Assembly: GCA_963776245.1 (NCBI GenBank)
Contig: CAVZLN010000003.1
Coordinates: forward strand, 160,001 to 224,000
Direction of reading: 5' to 3'
Length of the DNA: 64,000 bases
DNA from: Candidatus Eiseniibacteriota bacterium
GTDB lineage: Bacteria > Eisenbacteria > RBG-16-71-46
The notes under the pieces are model-generated. The model had not been told where the DNA came from, did not search any database, and saw only the letters and a program-made list of their open reading frames with translations. Shown piece after piece: positions 41,383-50,390 of this stretch; positions within the stretch are counted from its first letter, which is position 1; every line of letters starts with the position of its first letter. Made by a program: the position numbers and the translations under genes.

Positions 41383-43395
41383 CTACAGCACCTCCACCGG
41401 GTCGATGTCGGCCACCACCCGGACCGTGCGCTTGCGCCCGTGCTCCTCGGCGGCCGCGAGCGCGGCGGCGGCGACGCCGCGCAGACTCGGCGCGCCCGCT
41501 CCCTTGAGCAGCAGGTGCCAGCGATGCCGGCCGCGCAGCCGCGCGAGCATCTGCGGCGCGGGACCGAGCACGCGCACCCCGGCCGCCGCGGCGGCCGGCG
41601 CGATGCCCTCGGCCACCGCGGTGGCGACGCGCTCCACCTCACCCGCGTCGGCGCCCGTGAACAGCACCGCGGCGAGGCGCACGTAGGGCGGATAGCCCGC
41701 TTCGCGGCGGGTCGCCAGTTCGCCGTCCACGAACGCCGACGCGTCGTGGTGCGCGGCCGCGAGGACCGCGGCGTGGTCCGGGGTGCAGGTCTGCACGAAC
41801 ACCTCGCCCGGGGTCTTCCCGCGCCCGGCGCGGCCCGACACCTGGACCAGCAACTGCCAGGTGCGCTCGGCGGCGCGGAAGTCGGGCAGGTGGAGCGCCA
41901 CGTCGGCGTCGAGCACGCCCACCAGCGTGACGCGCGGGAAGTCGAGCCCCTTGGCGATCATCTGCGTCCCCAGCAGCACGTCGCCCTCGCCGCGGGCGAA
42001 CGCGCCGAGCACGCGCGCGGGCTCGCTGCGATCGCGCGCCACGTCGGTGTCGAGGCGCAGCACGCGCGCCGCGGGGAACGCCCCCCTCAGCTCGCGCTCG
42101 GCGCGCTGGGTGCCTCCGCTCGAGAAGCGCAGCAGCGCCGCGCCGCAGCGCGGGCAGCCCGGGCCGGCGTCGGCGCGGTGGTCGCAGTAGTGACAGCGCC
42201 ACGCGCGCGGGCTGACGTGCAGCGTGAGCGTGATGTCGCAGTGCGGGCACTCGGGCACCCAGCCGCAGCCGCGGCACTGGGTGTGGTGCGAGTGGCCGCG
42301 GCGGTTGAGGAACAGCAGCGACTGCTCGCCGCGCTCGAGCCGGGCCGCGAGCGCGGCGCGCAGCGGACGCGAGAGCAGCTCGCCCCCCGCGCCCTCGCGG
42401 CGCAGGTCCACCACCCGGACCGCGGGCAGCCGGCGGTGGTCCACGCGCTCCGGGAGCGCCAGCCGGCGGTACTTGCCGCGCCCGGCGTTCGCGAGCGACT
42501 CGAGGCTCGGGGTCGCCGAGCCGAGCACCACCGGGATGCCGAGCAACTGCGCGCGCCGCACCGCCACGTCCCGCCCGTGGTAGCGCAGCATCTCACTCTG
42601 CTTGTAGGCCGGCTCGTGCTCCTCGTCCACCACGATGAGCCGCAGCGCCGGGAGCGGCGCGAACACGGCCGAGCGGGCGCCGACCACCACGTCGAGCGCG
42701 CCGCGGCTCGCCAGCTCCCAGTTGCGCCGCCGTTCGCCCACCGAGAGGTAGGAGTGCAGCACCCCGACGCGTCCGCCGAAGCGCTGCGCGAACGCGGCGA
42801 CCACCTGCGAGCCCAGCGCCACCTCGGGCACCAGCACCAGGGTCTGGCCGCCGGACTCGCGCGCGGCGCGCGCGGCGCGCAGGTAGACCTCGGTCTTCCC
42901 GCTGGCGGTGACGCCGTGGAGCAGCAGCGCCTCGAACGCGTGCTTCGCGACCGCCGCCTCGACCGTGCGCACCGCCGCCGCCTGCTGCGGCGTGAGCGTG
43001 ATGCGCTCCGGGATCGCCAGCCGCATCACCGCGTCCTCGCTGGCGCCGGTGCGCGCGCGGCTCCGCGCGAAGCCCTCGAGCCCGCCGGGCAGCGTGGCCG
43101 CGAGCACCTCGCCGAGCGGCGCCAGGTAGTAGTCCGCGATCCAGCGCGCGAGCGCGAGCAGGTGGGCCGACACCGGGGGCGCGGCGAGCACCGCGGCGAG
43201 ATCCAGCACCTTCCCGGCCGGCGCGTCGGGCGGCGCCTCGGCCGCGACCTCGACCACGAACCCGCGCGCGGCACGGTTGCGGAACGGCACCGTGACCTGC
43301 ACGCCGGTCTTCACGCGCGCGGCGAGGGCGTCGGGGATGCGGTAGACGAAGGTGCGGCGCAGCGGCAGGGGCAGCGCGACCCGGGCGAAGGCCAT
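41383..43395 (-). CDS. priA: Primosomal protein N' (replication restart helicase)
   Basis: LHGVTASGKTEVY, LVPEV, VGARSA, DEEH, LGSATPS, FLNRRG, four CxxC pairs, GTQMIAKGLDF, QVSGRAGR, DIDP. Confidence 0.96.
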   Translation of the reverse strand: MAFARVALPLPLRRTFVYRIPDALAARVKTGVQVTVPFRNRAARGFVVEVAAEAPPDAPAGKVLDLAAVLAAPPVSAHLLALARWIADYYLAPLGEVLAATLPGGLEGFARSRARTGASEDAVMRLAIPERITLTPQQAAAVRTVEAAVAKHAFEALLLHGVTASGKTEVYLRAARAARESGGQTLVLVPEVALGSQVVAAFAQRFGGRVGVLHSYLSVGERRRNWELASRGALDVVVGARSAVFAPLPALRLIVVDEEHEPAYKQSEMLRYHGRDVAVRRAQLLGIPVVLGSATPSLESLANAGRGKYRRLALPERVDHRRLPAVRVVDLRREGAGGELLSRPLRAALAARLERGEQSLLFLNRRGHSHHTQCRGCGWVPECPHCDITLTLHVSPRAWRCHYCDHRADAGPGCPRCGAALLRFSSGGTQRAERELRGAFPAARVLRLDTDVARDRSEPARVLGAFARGEGDVLLGTQMIAKGLDFPRVTLVGVLDADVALHLPDFRAAERTWQLLVQVSGRAGRGKTPGEVFVQTCTPDHAAVLAAAHHDASAFVDGELATRREAGYPPYVRLAAVLFTGADAGEVERVATAVAEGIAPAAAAAGVRVLGPAPQMLARLRGRHRWHLLLKGAGAPSLRGVAAAALAAAEEHGRKRTVRVVADIDPVEVL

Positions 43396-43517
43396 GCGCG
43401 CACTCTACAACAGCGGCGGAGGCGCGACGGCGGGGCGGGGAAGCGGCGCGCGGCAGGCGCGCGGTGCGGAGCGGGCGCGGCACGGGCTGGGCGACACGAC
43501 GCCCGGGCAGGCACGAC

Positions 43518-43559
43518 AAAGCCGGGCCGGCGGCGCGGTTCCCCACACGCCGGCCCGGC
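43518..43559 (-). terminator. Intrinsic terminator after the signalling operon
   Basis: 12-bp stem GCCGGGCCGGCG / CGCCGGCCCGGC (43521-43532 and 43548-43559) followed on the minus strand by TTTG, 35 nt after the receiver-gene stop. Confidence 0.65.
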
Positions 43560-43594
43560 CTCCGGGAACGCGAAGGAGCGACGCGTCCGGAGGC

Positions 43595-43990
43595 TCAGGC
43601 CTGCATGCGGTTCGTGCTGGTCTGGCCGAGGATCGCGTTGATGCGTTCGACCAGCTTCCGGGGACTGAACGGCTTCGTGATGTAGTCGTCCGCACCCACC
43701 TCGAACCCGATCTTCTGGTCCACGTTGCGGCCCTTGGCCGACAGCAGGATCACCGGGATGTGCTTGGTGTTCTCGTCCGCCTTGAGCAGCTTGCACGTCT
43801 CGTAGCCGTCCAGCTTCGGCATCATGATGTCGAGGACGATGAGATCGGGATGCTCCGCTCTCGCCTTCTCGAGCGCCTGCTCCCCATCGAGCGCGGTCAG
43901 GACCTCGTAGCCCTCCATGCCGAGACTGAAATCCAGGATGTGCACGATGTAGATCTCATCGTCCACCACCAGGATCTTTCCCTTCGCCAT
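43595..43990 (-). CDS. Single-domain response regulator (receiver only)
   Basis: KILVVDDE, LIVLDIMMPKLDG (phospho-Asp), LLSA, GADDYITKPF. 131 aa, no output domain. Confidence 0.93.
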   Translation of the reverse strand: MAKGKILVVDDEIYIVHILDFSLGMEGYEVLTALDGEQALEKARAEHPDLIVLDIMMPKLDGYETCKLLKADENTKHIPVILLSAKGRNVDQKIGFEVGADDYITKPFSPRKLVERINAILGQTSTNRMQA

Positions 43991-43995
43991 CTTCG

Positions 43996-46788
43996 TCACC
44001 TCCCTGCGTGCGGGATCATGTCCGCGCCCGTCGTGGGCGTCGTGTCGGTCTCGCGTTCGACGTCCGCCAGCGCCGCCTCGAAGACCGCGATGATCTTCGG
44101 GTCGAACTGGCGCCCTCCGCATCGTCCCAACTCCTCTACCACCTGCTCGCGCGACAGGGCGGGCCGGTTCCGTCCGACCGTCAGGCCTTCCCACGCGTCC
44201 ACCACGGCCAGGATGCGGCTGCCCACCGGGATCGCCTCGCCGGCGAGCCCGCGGGGGTAGCCCGTGCCGTCCCACCACTCGTGGTGCCCGAGGACGACAT
44301 CGCGCACCGCGCCCATGGCATCGACCGGACGTAGTGTTCCGGCGCCCGCTTCCGGCTCGCGCTCCACGGGCTCGCGCCCGAGCGCGGGCAGGGCGCCGCC
44401 CGCGCCGAGGACGGCATCGCCCACGTGCGCCTCGACGGCGTCCCGGATGCTGGCCGCGAACGAGATCACGCCGACCTCGGACTCGGCGAGCCCGCAGCGG
44501 CGCGCCAGCGCCCGCGCCAGGCGCACGCGGTCGGGCGCGGCGTGGCGGCTGGGGTCGGGCAGGTGCAGGACGTCGCGCAGCGCCTGCGCCGCGTCCTGGA
44601 CGCCCTCCTGCGACTGTTCCATGGCGCGCGCCTGCTCCCACGCCGCCGCGACCCGCTCGGCGAGGTGGAGCAGCAGGTGGCAGTCCTCGGCGCCGAACGG
44701 CTGCCGCGACACCGGGTCGGTCACGCTCAGCACGCCGAGCAGGCCGCTCGGGCCCTCCAGCGGCGCGGAGAGGAAGGTGCCGGTGTGGTAGTCCGCGCGA
44801 CCCGAGGCCTGGACCTCGGCATGCGCCTCGTCGCCCTTGACGCACACCGGGCGGCGATTCTCCATCACCCAGCCGGCCACGCCCTGGCCGCGGCCGATGC
44901 GCGCGTCGCGCACCACCGCCTCGTCCAGCCCGAGCGCCGCCTGGATGCGGAGGTCCCCGCTCGCATCCGGTGCGAGCAGCGAGACCACGCGCGCGTTCAT
45001 GACTTCGGACACCATCTCGATCGCCAGCCTCAGGACGTCTTCCGACGCCATGTTGGGACGCGATCCCGCGCTCACGATGACCCGCGGACCGGTCCGCCTC
45101 GGCAACACCACCGTGAAGCGCGAGCCGTGGTCGGGGGCGTTCTCCGCCAGCACCCTCCCGCCGTGCCACTCCACGATCGACTTGCAGATCGCCAGGCCCA
45201 GACCGGTGCCTCCGTGTCGTCGCACCAGCGAGGAATCCACCTGGTAGAAGCGCTCGAAGATCTTCTCGAGCGCCGCCTCGGGGATCCCGATGCCGGTGTC
45301 CTCCACCTGGAGCGTCAGGTCGCGGGTGTCTCCCGACAGGCGGAGGACCACTTGCCCGCCCGCGGGCGTGAACTTCACCGCATTGCTGCCCAGATGAAGG
45401 ACCAACTGACGGAGTTGGTCTCGGTCGGCTTCCAGCCCGGTATCGGCCGCTTCCACCACCGTCTTGAGACACACCTGCCCCGCCTGGGCCATGGGCTCCA
45501 GCAGCCGGCTGGCCTCCCCGAGCAGCTCGGCCAGGTCCACGGTCTGGCGGCTCATCCGCATGTTCCCGGAGTCGAACCGGTTGAGGTCGAGCACCGATTC
45601 GATGAGCCGGGCCAGGCGCTGGCTCTCCTCGTCGATGATGCCGAGGAACCGTCGCGCCTGGGCCGGGGGCAGCTCGTGCTCCCCGGCCGACAGCAGGGTC
45701 TCGACGTAGGCCCGGATGGCCGTCAGCGGGGTGCGCAGCTCGTGGGAGACGGTCGAGACGAAGTTGCTCCGCAGGGTGTGGAGCTCCTGCATGCGTTTGC
45801 CGGTCCGCTCCAGCTCCGCGGTGTGCGCCTCGAGCTCGCGGTGGAGCCGGGCGTTCTCGATCGCCACCACCGCGTGGTGGCCGAAGACCTCGAGCATCTC
45901 CACCGTCTCGGTCGAGGGCACCAGCCGGTCCACCGGGTCGTCCACCGAGAAGTAGGCGATCAGCTGGCCCACCCGATTGTAGAGCGGCACCAGCAGCACG
46001 TCGTCGGAGTGCCACTCCCATTCCTCCCGCGGTCCGAGCTCCGGGGTGTGGCCGCTCGGGAGCTCGCGGTTGAACGGGTGGGTGTGGCTGATGAAATACG
46101 AGCGCGACAGCTTGAACTCGTCCTTGAGCCACCCCAGGAACTCGTCCACCCCGACCTCGTGCGCCTCGAGGCGCGCGCGCGCCTCGGCGTCGAGACCGGC
46201 GAAGGCGCGCGCGCGCAGCTGGCTGCTGCCCGGCTCGCGCACCCGGAGCAGCACCATGCGGAAGCCGAGCGTCGCCTGGATGATCTCGGCGATGCGGGCG
46301 AGCAGGCGCTCGAGATCGAGCTCGCTGTTGATCTCGACGATGTTCTGGAGGATCTGGTGGAGCTTGACGCCGCGCTTGCGGTTCTCCTCGACCTGCGTGA
46401 AATAGAGCCGCGACAGCCGCTGGCGCGTCTCGGTGAGCTCGCGCACCTGGCGGCGCAGCGATTCGGCCTCGGCCGCGGCATCCGTCGTCGGCGGGCTGCT
46501 GGCGAGCGCCGCGGCCAGGTCGGCGGTGGCCTCCGCCACCGCATCTTCGTGCGCGGCGGTCGCGGCGTCCTCGCGCGCGGTGACCGCGTGCTCCCGGGCG
46601 GCGGCGGCCACGTGGCGCGCGTCGCTCTGGGCGACGTCGTGCGTCGCGCCCGCCGCCGACACGTCGGCGGCCGTGGCGTTCTGCTTCTTGAGGCGGCTGA
46701 GCTCGCGCCGGGTGCGGTCGAGCTCCGAGCGCATGCGCAGCTCCTCGGCCGAGGGCCCGACGGCGCGTCCCTTGCGCCCGCCGCTCAC
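43996..46788 (-). CDS. Coiled-coil-GAF-histidine kinase-GAF-degenerate HD-GYP fusion protein
   Basis: H-box VSHELRTPLTAI, SNAVKF, VEDTGIGI, FERFYQ, GGTGLGL. Second GAF (GQGVAGWV...LSAPL). C-terminal HHEWWDGTGYPRGL...ILAVVDAW...QFDP, but SIRDAV replaces HD. Start GTG 46788 (overlaps upstream stop) or a later ATG. Confidence 0.88.
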   Translation of the reverse strand: MSGGRKGRAVGPSAEELRMRSELDRTRRELSRLKKQNATAADVSAAGATHDVAQSDARHVAAAAREHAVTAREDAATAAHEDAVAEATADLAAALASSPPTTDAAAEAESLRRQVRELTETRQRLSRLYFTQVEENRKRGVKLHQILQNIVEINSELDLERLLARIAEIIQATLGFRMVLLRVREPGSSQLRARAFAGLDAEARARLEAHEVGVDEFLGWLKDEFKLSRSYFISHTHPFNRELPSGHTPELGPREEWEWHSDDVLLVPLYNRVGQLIAYFSVDDPVDRLVPSTETVEMLEVFGHHAVVAIENARLHRELEAHTAELERTGKRMQELHTLRSNFVSTVSHELRTPLTAIRAYVETLLSAGEHELPPAQARRFLGIIDEESQRLARLIESVLDLNRFDSGNMRMSRQTVDLAELLGEASRLLEPMAQAGQVCLKTVVEAADTGLEADRDQLRQLVLHLGSNAVKFTPAGGQVVLRLSGDTRDLTLQVEDTGIGIPEAALEKIFERFYQVDSSLVRRHGGTGLGLAICKSIVEWHGGRVLAENAPDHGSRFTVVLPRRTGPRVIVSAGSRPNMASEDVLRLAIEMVSEVMNARVVSLLAPDASGDLRIQAALGLDEAVVRDARIGRGQGVAGWVMENRRPVCVKGDEAHAEVQASGRADYHTGTFLSAPLEGPSGLLGVLSVTDPVSRQPFGAEDCHLLLHLAERVAAAWEQARAMEQSQEGVQDAAQALRDVLHLPDPSRHAAPDRVRLARALARRCGLAESEVGVISFAASIRDAVEAHVGDAVLGAGGALPALGREPVEREPEAGAGTLRPVDAMGAVRDVVLGHHEWWDGTGYPRGLAGEAIPVGSRILAVVDAWEGLTVGRNRPALSREQVVEELGRCGGRQFDPKIIAVFEAALADVERETDTTPTTGADMIPHAGR

Positions 46789-49097
46789 GCGGCCTCCCCG
46801 CGCGCCAGCACGCTGAGGCAGGCCGCCACCACGGCCGGGTCGAACTGCGAGCCGGCCGAACGTTCGAGTTCGGCGCGCGCGCTCTCGCGCGTCAGCGCCG
46901 GCCGCCACGGCCGTCCCAGCGTCATGCTCTCCCACGCGTCCACCACCGCCAGGATGCGCGCGCCCACCGGGATCTCGGCGCCCGCGAGGCCGCGGGGATA
47001 GCCGCTGCCGTCCCACCGCTCGTGGTGACCGAGGATGATGTCGCGCACCGTGCCCTGGTACTCGAGCGGACGCAGGATCTCGACGCTCACCTCGGGGTGG
47101 CGGAGCACCGCTTCGCGCTCCAGCACGCCCAGCGGCGCTCCGCCGCGCACCGCCTCGGGCAGCCGCGTCATGCCGACGTCGTGGATGCTCATGGCGTAGG
47201 CCACGACGTCCACGTCGGCGCCCCCGAGGCCCAGCTCGCGCGCCACGTCCCGGGCCAGGCGCACCCCCTGGTGCCCGCCGAGCAGATGATCGCGACGCAG
47301 GCGGGTGACCGAGCGCACCATCTCGAGCGCCTCCTCCACCACCCGGCCCGACTCGGGGTGCGCGCAGGCGCGCTCGAGCGCGCTGCCGATGCGGTCGACC
47401 AGCGCGCTCAGCACCGCGAGGTCGGCGTCGTCGAAGGACGTCCCGTCGCGCTTGTTGTTGACGTTGATCACGCCCAGCACCTCGCCGCCCACCCGCATCG
47501 GCACGCACAGGAGCGACTTGGTGTGGTACTGGGGATGGTTGAGGCGGCGGAAGCGCCGGTCGGTCTCGATGTTGTCCACCAGCAGCGGGCGGCCCCATGC
47601 CGCGACCGCGCCGGCCACCCCGGAGCGCACCGGCGTGCGCCGGCCCTTGAGCTGCGCGGTGTCGAGCCCGCGCGCCGCTGCCACGAACAGGTCGCCGCGC
47701 TCGGGGTCCACCAGCATGAGCGAGGAGATCTCGGCGTCCATCGCCACCGACACCATCTCGACGGTGTGGTCGAGCAGCGCGCGCAGGTCCTTGCGCGCCA
47801 GCACCAGCCGCGCGCTGCGCCGCGCCTGCGGCGAGGCCAGCTGGCGCACCGGCAGCAGGAAGTGGAATCGCGCCCCGCGCGGGGTGCGGTTCTCCACGCC
47901 GATGGCGCCGCCGTGCAGCTCCACGATGCCCCGCGCGATCGGCAGACCGAGCCCGGTGCCCTCGGGACCGTCGCTCTCGTTCACGGTGCGGGCGCGGTAG
48001 AATCGATCGAAGACGTGCGGGAGGTCGTCGGGCGCGATCCCCGGGCCGTCATCCTCGACCGCGCCCATCCACTCGTCCCCCTGCGGCCGCGCGACCAGCC
48101 GCACCGCCGAGCCGCTCGGGGCGTGCTTGACCGCATTGGTGAGCAGGTTGATGAGCAGCCGCCGCAGCAGGTCGGGATCGGCCTCGGGCTGGAGCTCGGG
48201 ATCCACGTCGAGCACCAGCTTCACCTGGCGTCCGCTCGCCAGCGGCTTGAGGCCCTCGAGCGTCTCACCCGCCAGCTCGGCCAGCGTGAAGCGCGCCAGC
48301 CGCAGCGGGCGCTGGCCCGCCTCGAGGCGCGAGAGATCGAGGATGTCGGTCACCAGCCGCCCCAGCCGGTCGCACTCGTCGTTGATGATGCCGAGGAACC
48401 GCTGGCGCGGGGCCTGCGCGTTGTGGAGGTTGTCGAGCAGCGCCTCGGTGTAGGCCTTGATGGCGGTGAGCGGGGTGCGGATCTCGTGCGCGACCACCGA
48501 CATCAGGCTCGACGAGGTCTCCTCGCTCCCCGCGAGGCGGTGCTGCAGATCGGCGACGCGACGGCGCTCGTCCTCGACCTGGCGCTCCAGCTCGCCGCGC
48601 GCCAGCGCCAGCGCGAGCGCGTCGCCGACCATCTGCACCATCAGGCGCTCGCCGGACGGCAGTGCGCGCGGCGACTCGAACACCACCAGCAGGCAGCCGT
48701 GCAGCGAGCTGCCCATCGCCAGCGGCACCGCCGCGATCGCCGCGGGCGGCGCGCTCCACAGACCGTTCTCGCGCGGCGCCGCCGGGTCCTCGCCGGCGTC
48801 GAACACCGCGCGCCCCTCGCGCAGCACGCGCTCGAGCGGACCGCCGGGCTCGGCGAGCCACGGCATGGTCATCCCGGAGGCGTCGGTGGCGAGCATCGCG
48901 CCGGTGCGCGCGTCGAGCCGCACCACCCGATGGTCCGAGGCGCCGAGCGCGCGCGCCGTGCACGCGCCGGCGATGGCGCACGCGGCATCGAGATCGGCGG
49001 TGGAACGGAGCGCGAGCAGCGCCTGCGCGAGCGGCTCCAGTCCCGCGCCCAGGGGTCCGGGCGCATCCGGGACGAGGCGCAGCAGGTCGGTCGCCAT
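46785..49097 (-). CDS. GAF-histidine kinase-GAF-HD-GYP fusion protein
   Basis: H-box VAHEIRTPLTAI, NLLTNAVKH, VEDDGPGI, FDRFYR, GTGLGL. GAF (GVAGAV...SLLCVPM...GVINVNNK). HD-GYP: SIHDVGM, RHPEVS, HHERWDGSGYPRGL, AVVDAWESMT..RPWR, QFDP. Confidence 0.9.
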   Translation of the reverse strand: MATDLLRLVPDAPGPLGAGLEPLAQALLALRSTADLDAACAIAGACTARALGASDHRVVRLDARTGAMLATDASGMTMPWLAEPGGPLERVLREGRAVFDAGEDPAAPRENGLWSAPPAAIAAVPLAMGSSLHGCLLVVFESPRALPSGERLMVQMVGDALALALARGELERQVEDERRRVADLQHRLAGSEETSSSLMSVVAHEIRTPLTAIKAYTEALLDNLHNAQAPRQRFLGIINDECDRLGRLVTDILDLSRLEAGQRPLRLARFTLAELAGETLEGLKPLASGRQVKLVLDVDPELQPEADPDLLRRLLINLLTNAVKHAPSGSAVRLVARPQGDEWMGAVEDDGPGIAPDDLPHVFDRFYRARTVNESDGPEGTGLGLPIARGIVELHGGAIGVENRTPRGARFHFLLPVRQLASPQARRSARLVLARKDLRALLDHTVEMVSVAMDAEISSLMLVDPERGDLFVAAARGLDTAQLKGRRTPVRSGVAGAVAAWGRPLLVDNIETDRRFRRLNHPQYHTKSLLCVPMRVGGEVLGVINVNNKRDGTSFDDADLAVLSALVDRIGSALERACAHPESGRVVEEALEMVRSVTRLRRDHLLGGHQGVRLARDVARELGLGGADVDVVAYAMSIHDVGMTRLPEAVRGGAPLGVLEREAVLRHPEVSVEILRPLEYQGTVRDIILGHHERWDGSGYPRGLAGAEIPVGARILAVVDAWESMTLGRPWRPALTRESARAELERSAGSQFDPAVVAACLSVLARGEAA

Positions 49098-49113
49098 GCG
49101 GGTCTTCCGTCGC

Positions 49114-50073
49114 TCAGGCGACGTCGCGCTCCGGGCCGGCGGCATCCTCGCCGCGGCGGCGCTCGCCCACCAGCACGCTGCCGGAGATGCCCTTGCCGTG
49201 CGCCTTGAGCTCCTGCGCCACGTCGATGATCTGGGCGAGGTGGGTGACCGGCATGCGGTCGGTGCTCACCAGCGCCACGGTGACGCTCATGAGCGGGAAG
49301 CTCTCGGGCACGTGGAGGCGGTTCCGCACCTCGACGTGGCCGCGCGCGACATCGACCGCGTCGTAGAGCGCCGGCACGGTCTCGTCGAACCGCGCGATGA
49401 TCTCGTGGCCGATGGCCTCCGCCTGCTCGGTCGGCGCCAGCACGATGAAGTCGTCGCCGCCGATGTGCCCGACGAACCCGGCCGCCCCGCCGAGACGCGT
49501 CACCACGTCCACCAGGATGGCCGCGAGGCGCTGGATGGCGTCGTCCCCGCGCGCGTACCCGTAGTGGTCGTTGAACGACTTGAAGAAGTCGATGTCCACC
49601 TGGAGCAGCGCGAACGGCCGGCCCGAGGCCATGCGCCGCTCGATCTCGCCGTTGATCGAGACGTTGCCCGGCAGGCCGGTGAGCGGGCTCATGGCGCGCT
49701 GCTGGCGGCTCCATTCGAGCATGTTGCGGATGCGCAGCAGGAGCTCGCGATGGTCCCACGGCTTGGTGACGTAGTCGTTCGCGCCATCGGTGAGACCGGT
49801 GAGCTTGTCCGCCACCTCGGACTTCGCCGTGAGCATGATGATCGGGAGCGTGCGCGTCTCCTGCGCCGCGCGCAGCCGGCGGCACACCTCGTACCCGTCG
49901 AGCCGCGGCATCATGACGTCGAGCAGGACCAGGTCGGGAGGATGGAGGAGCACGCTCTCGAGCGCCTGCTGTCCGTCGCGCGCCTCGATCACCTCGAAGC
50001 CGGCGCTCTCCAACTGGAAGCGCAGCACCTCGCGCAGATTCGGCTCGTCCTCGGCGATGAGGATCCTGGTCAT
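49114..50073 (-). CDS. Response regulator with GGDEF-family domain (REC-GGDDF), putative diguanylate cyclase
   Basis: ILIAEDE, LLDVMMP, YVTKPW. Then SPLTGLPGN, VDIDFFKSFNDHYGYARGD, GHIGGDDF. Confidence 0.9.
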   Translation of the reverse strand: MTRILIAEDEPNLREVLRFQLESAGFEVIEARDGQQALESVLLHPPDLVLLDVMMPRLDGYEVCRRLRAAQETRTLPIIMLTAKSEVADKLTGLTDGANDYVTKPWDHRELLLRIRNMLEWSRQQRAMSPLTGLPGNVSINGEIERRMASGRPFALLQVDIDFFKSFNDHYGYARGDDAIQRLAAILVDVVTRLGGAAGFVGHIGGDDFIVLAPTEQAEAIGHEIIARFDETVPALYDAVDVARGHVEVRNRLHVPESFPLMSVTVALVSTDRMPVTHLAQIIDVAQELKAHGKGISGSVLVGERRRGEDAAGPERDVA

Positions 50074-50274
50074 GTCCGCACCGTTCCGGCTCCTGGGAGA
50101 TCGTCCATTTCGGATGTCGTGTCGCGCTGCCGGCCCCCGGGCGCATGCGCCGATCCCGTGCCCCGGCCCGACTCCGGCCGGAGCGCGCGGGCGCCCGAGC
50201 CGGGCCGGACACCTCGCACGGGACCGGGTTCCGGGACGGGACGCGTGGCGCGAACCCCCAGGGTTTCCCCAGAC

Positions 50275-50302
50275 TTATCGGCGCGAGGGGGCGGTTCCTT
50301 GA
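50275..50302 (-). promoter_or_regulatory. Putative sigma28 (FliA/WhiG-type) promoter
   Basis: Minus strand TCAAG-N15-GCCGATAA (perfect sigma28 -10 octamer), about 200 nt upstream of the REC-GGDEF start. Confidence 0.6.
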
Positions 50303-50390
50303 CCGCCGTGTGGGGGGCCCAGGGAGGGCCCCGGGGCGCCGGCGGGGCCGCGCGGCCCCGCCCCGGGAGCGGAACGCAGGCCCGGCGGGC

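Noticed and set aside
49540..49580. Possible Hypr (cGAMP-making) GGDEF
   Set aside because: The specificity position reads GYARGD with Asp, not the Ser typical of Hypr enzymes.
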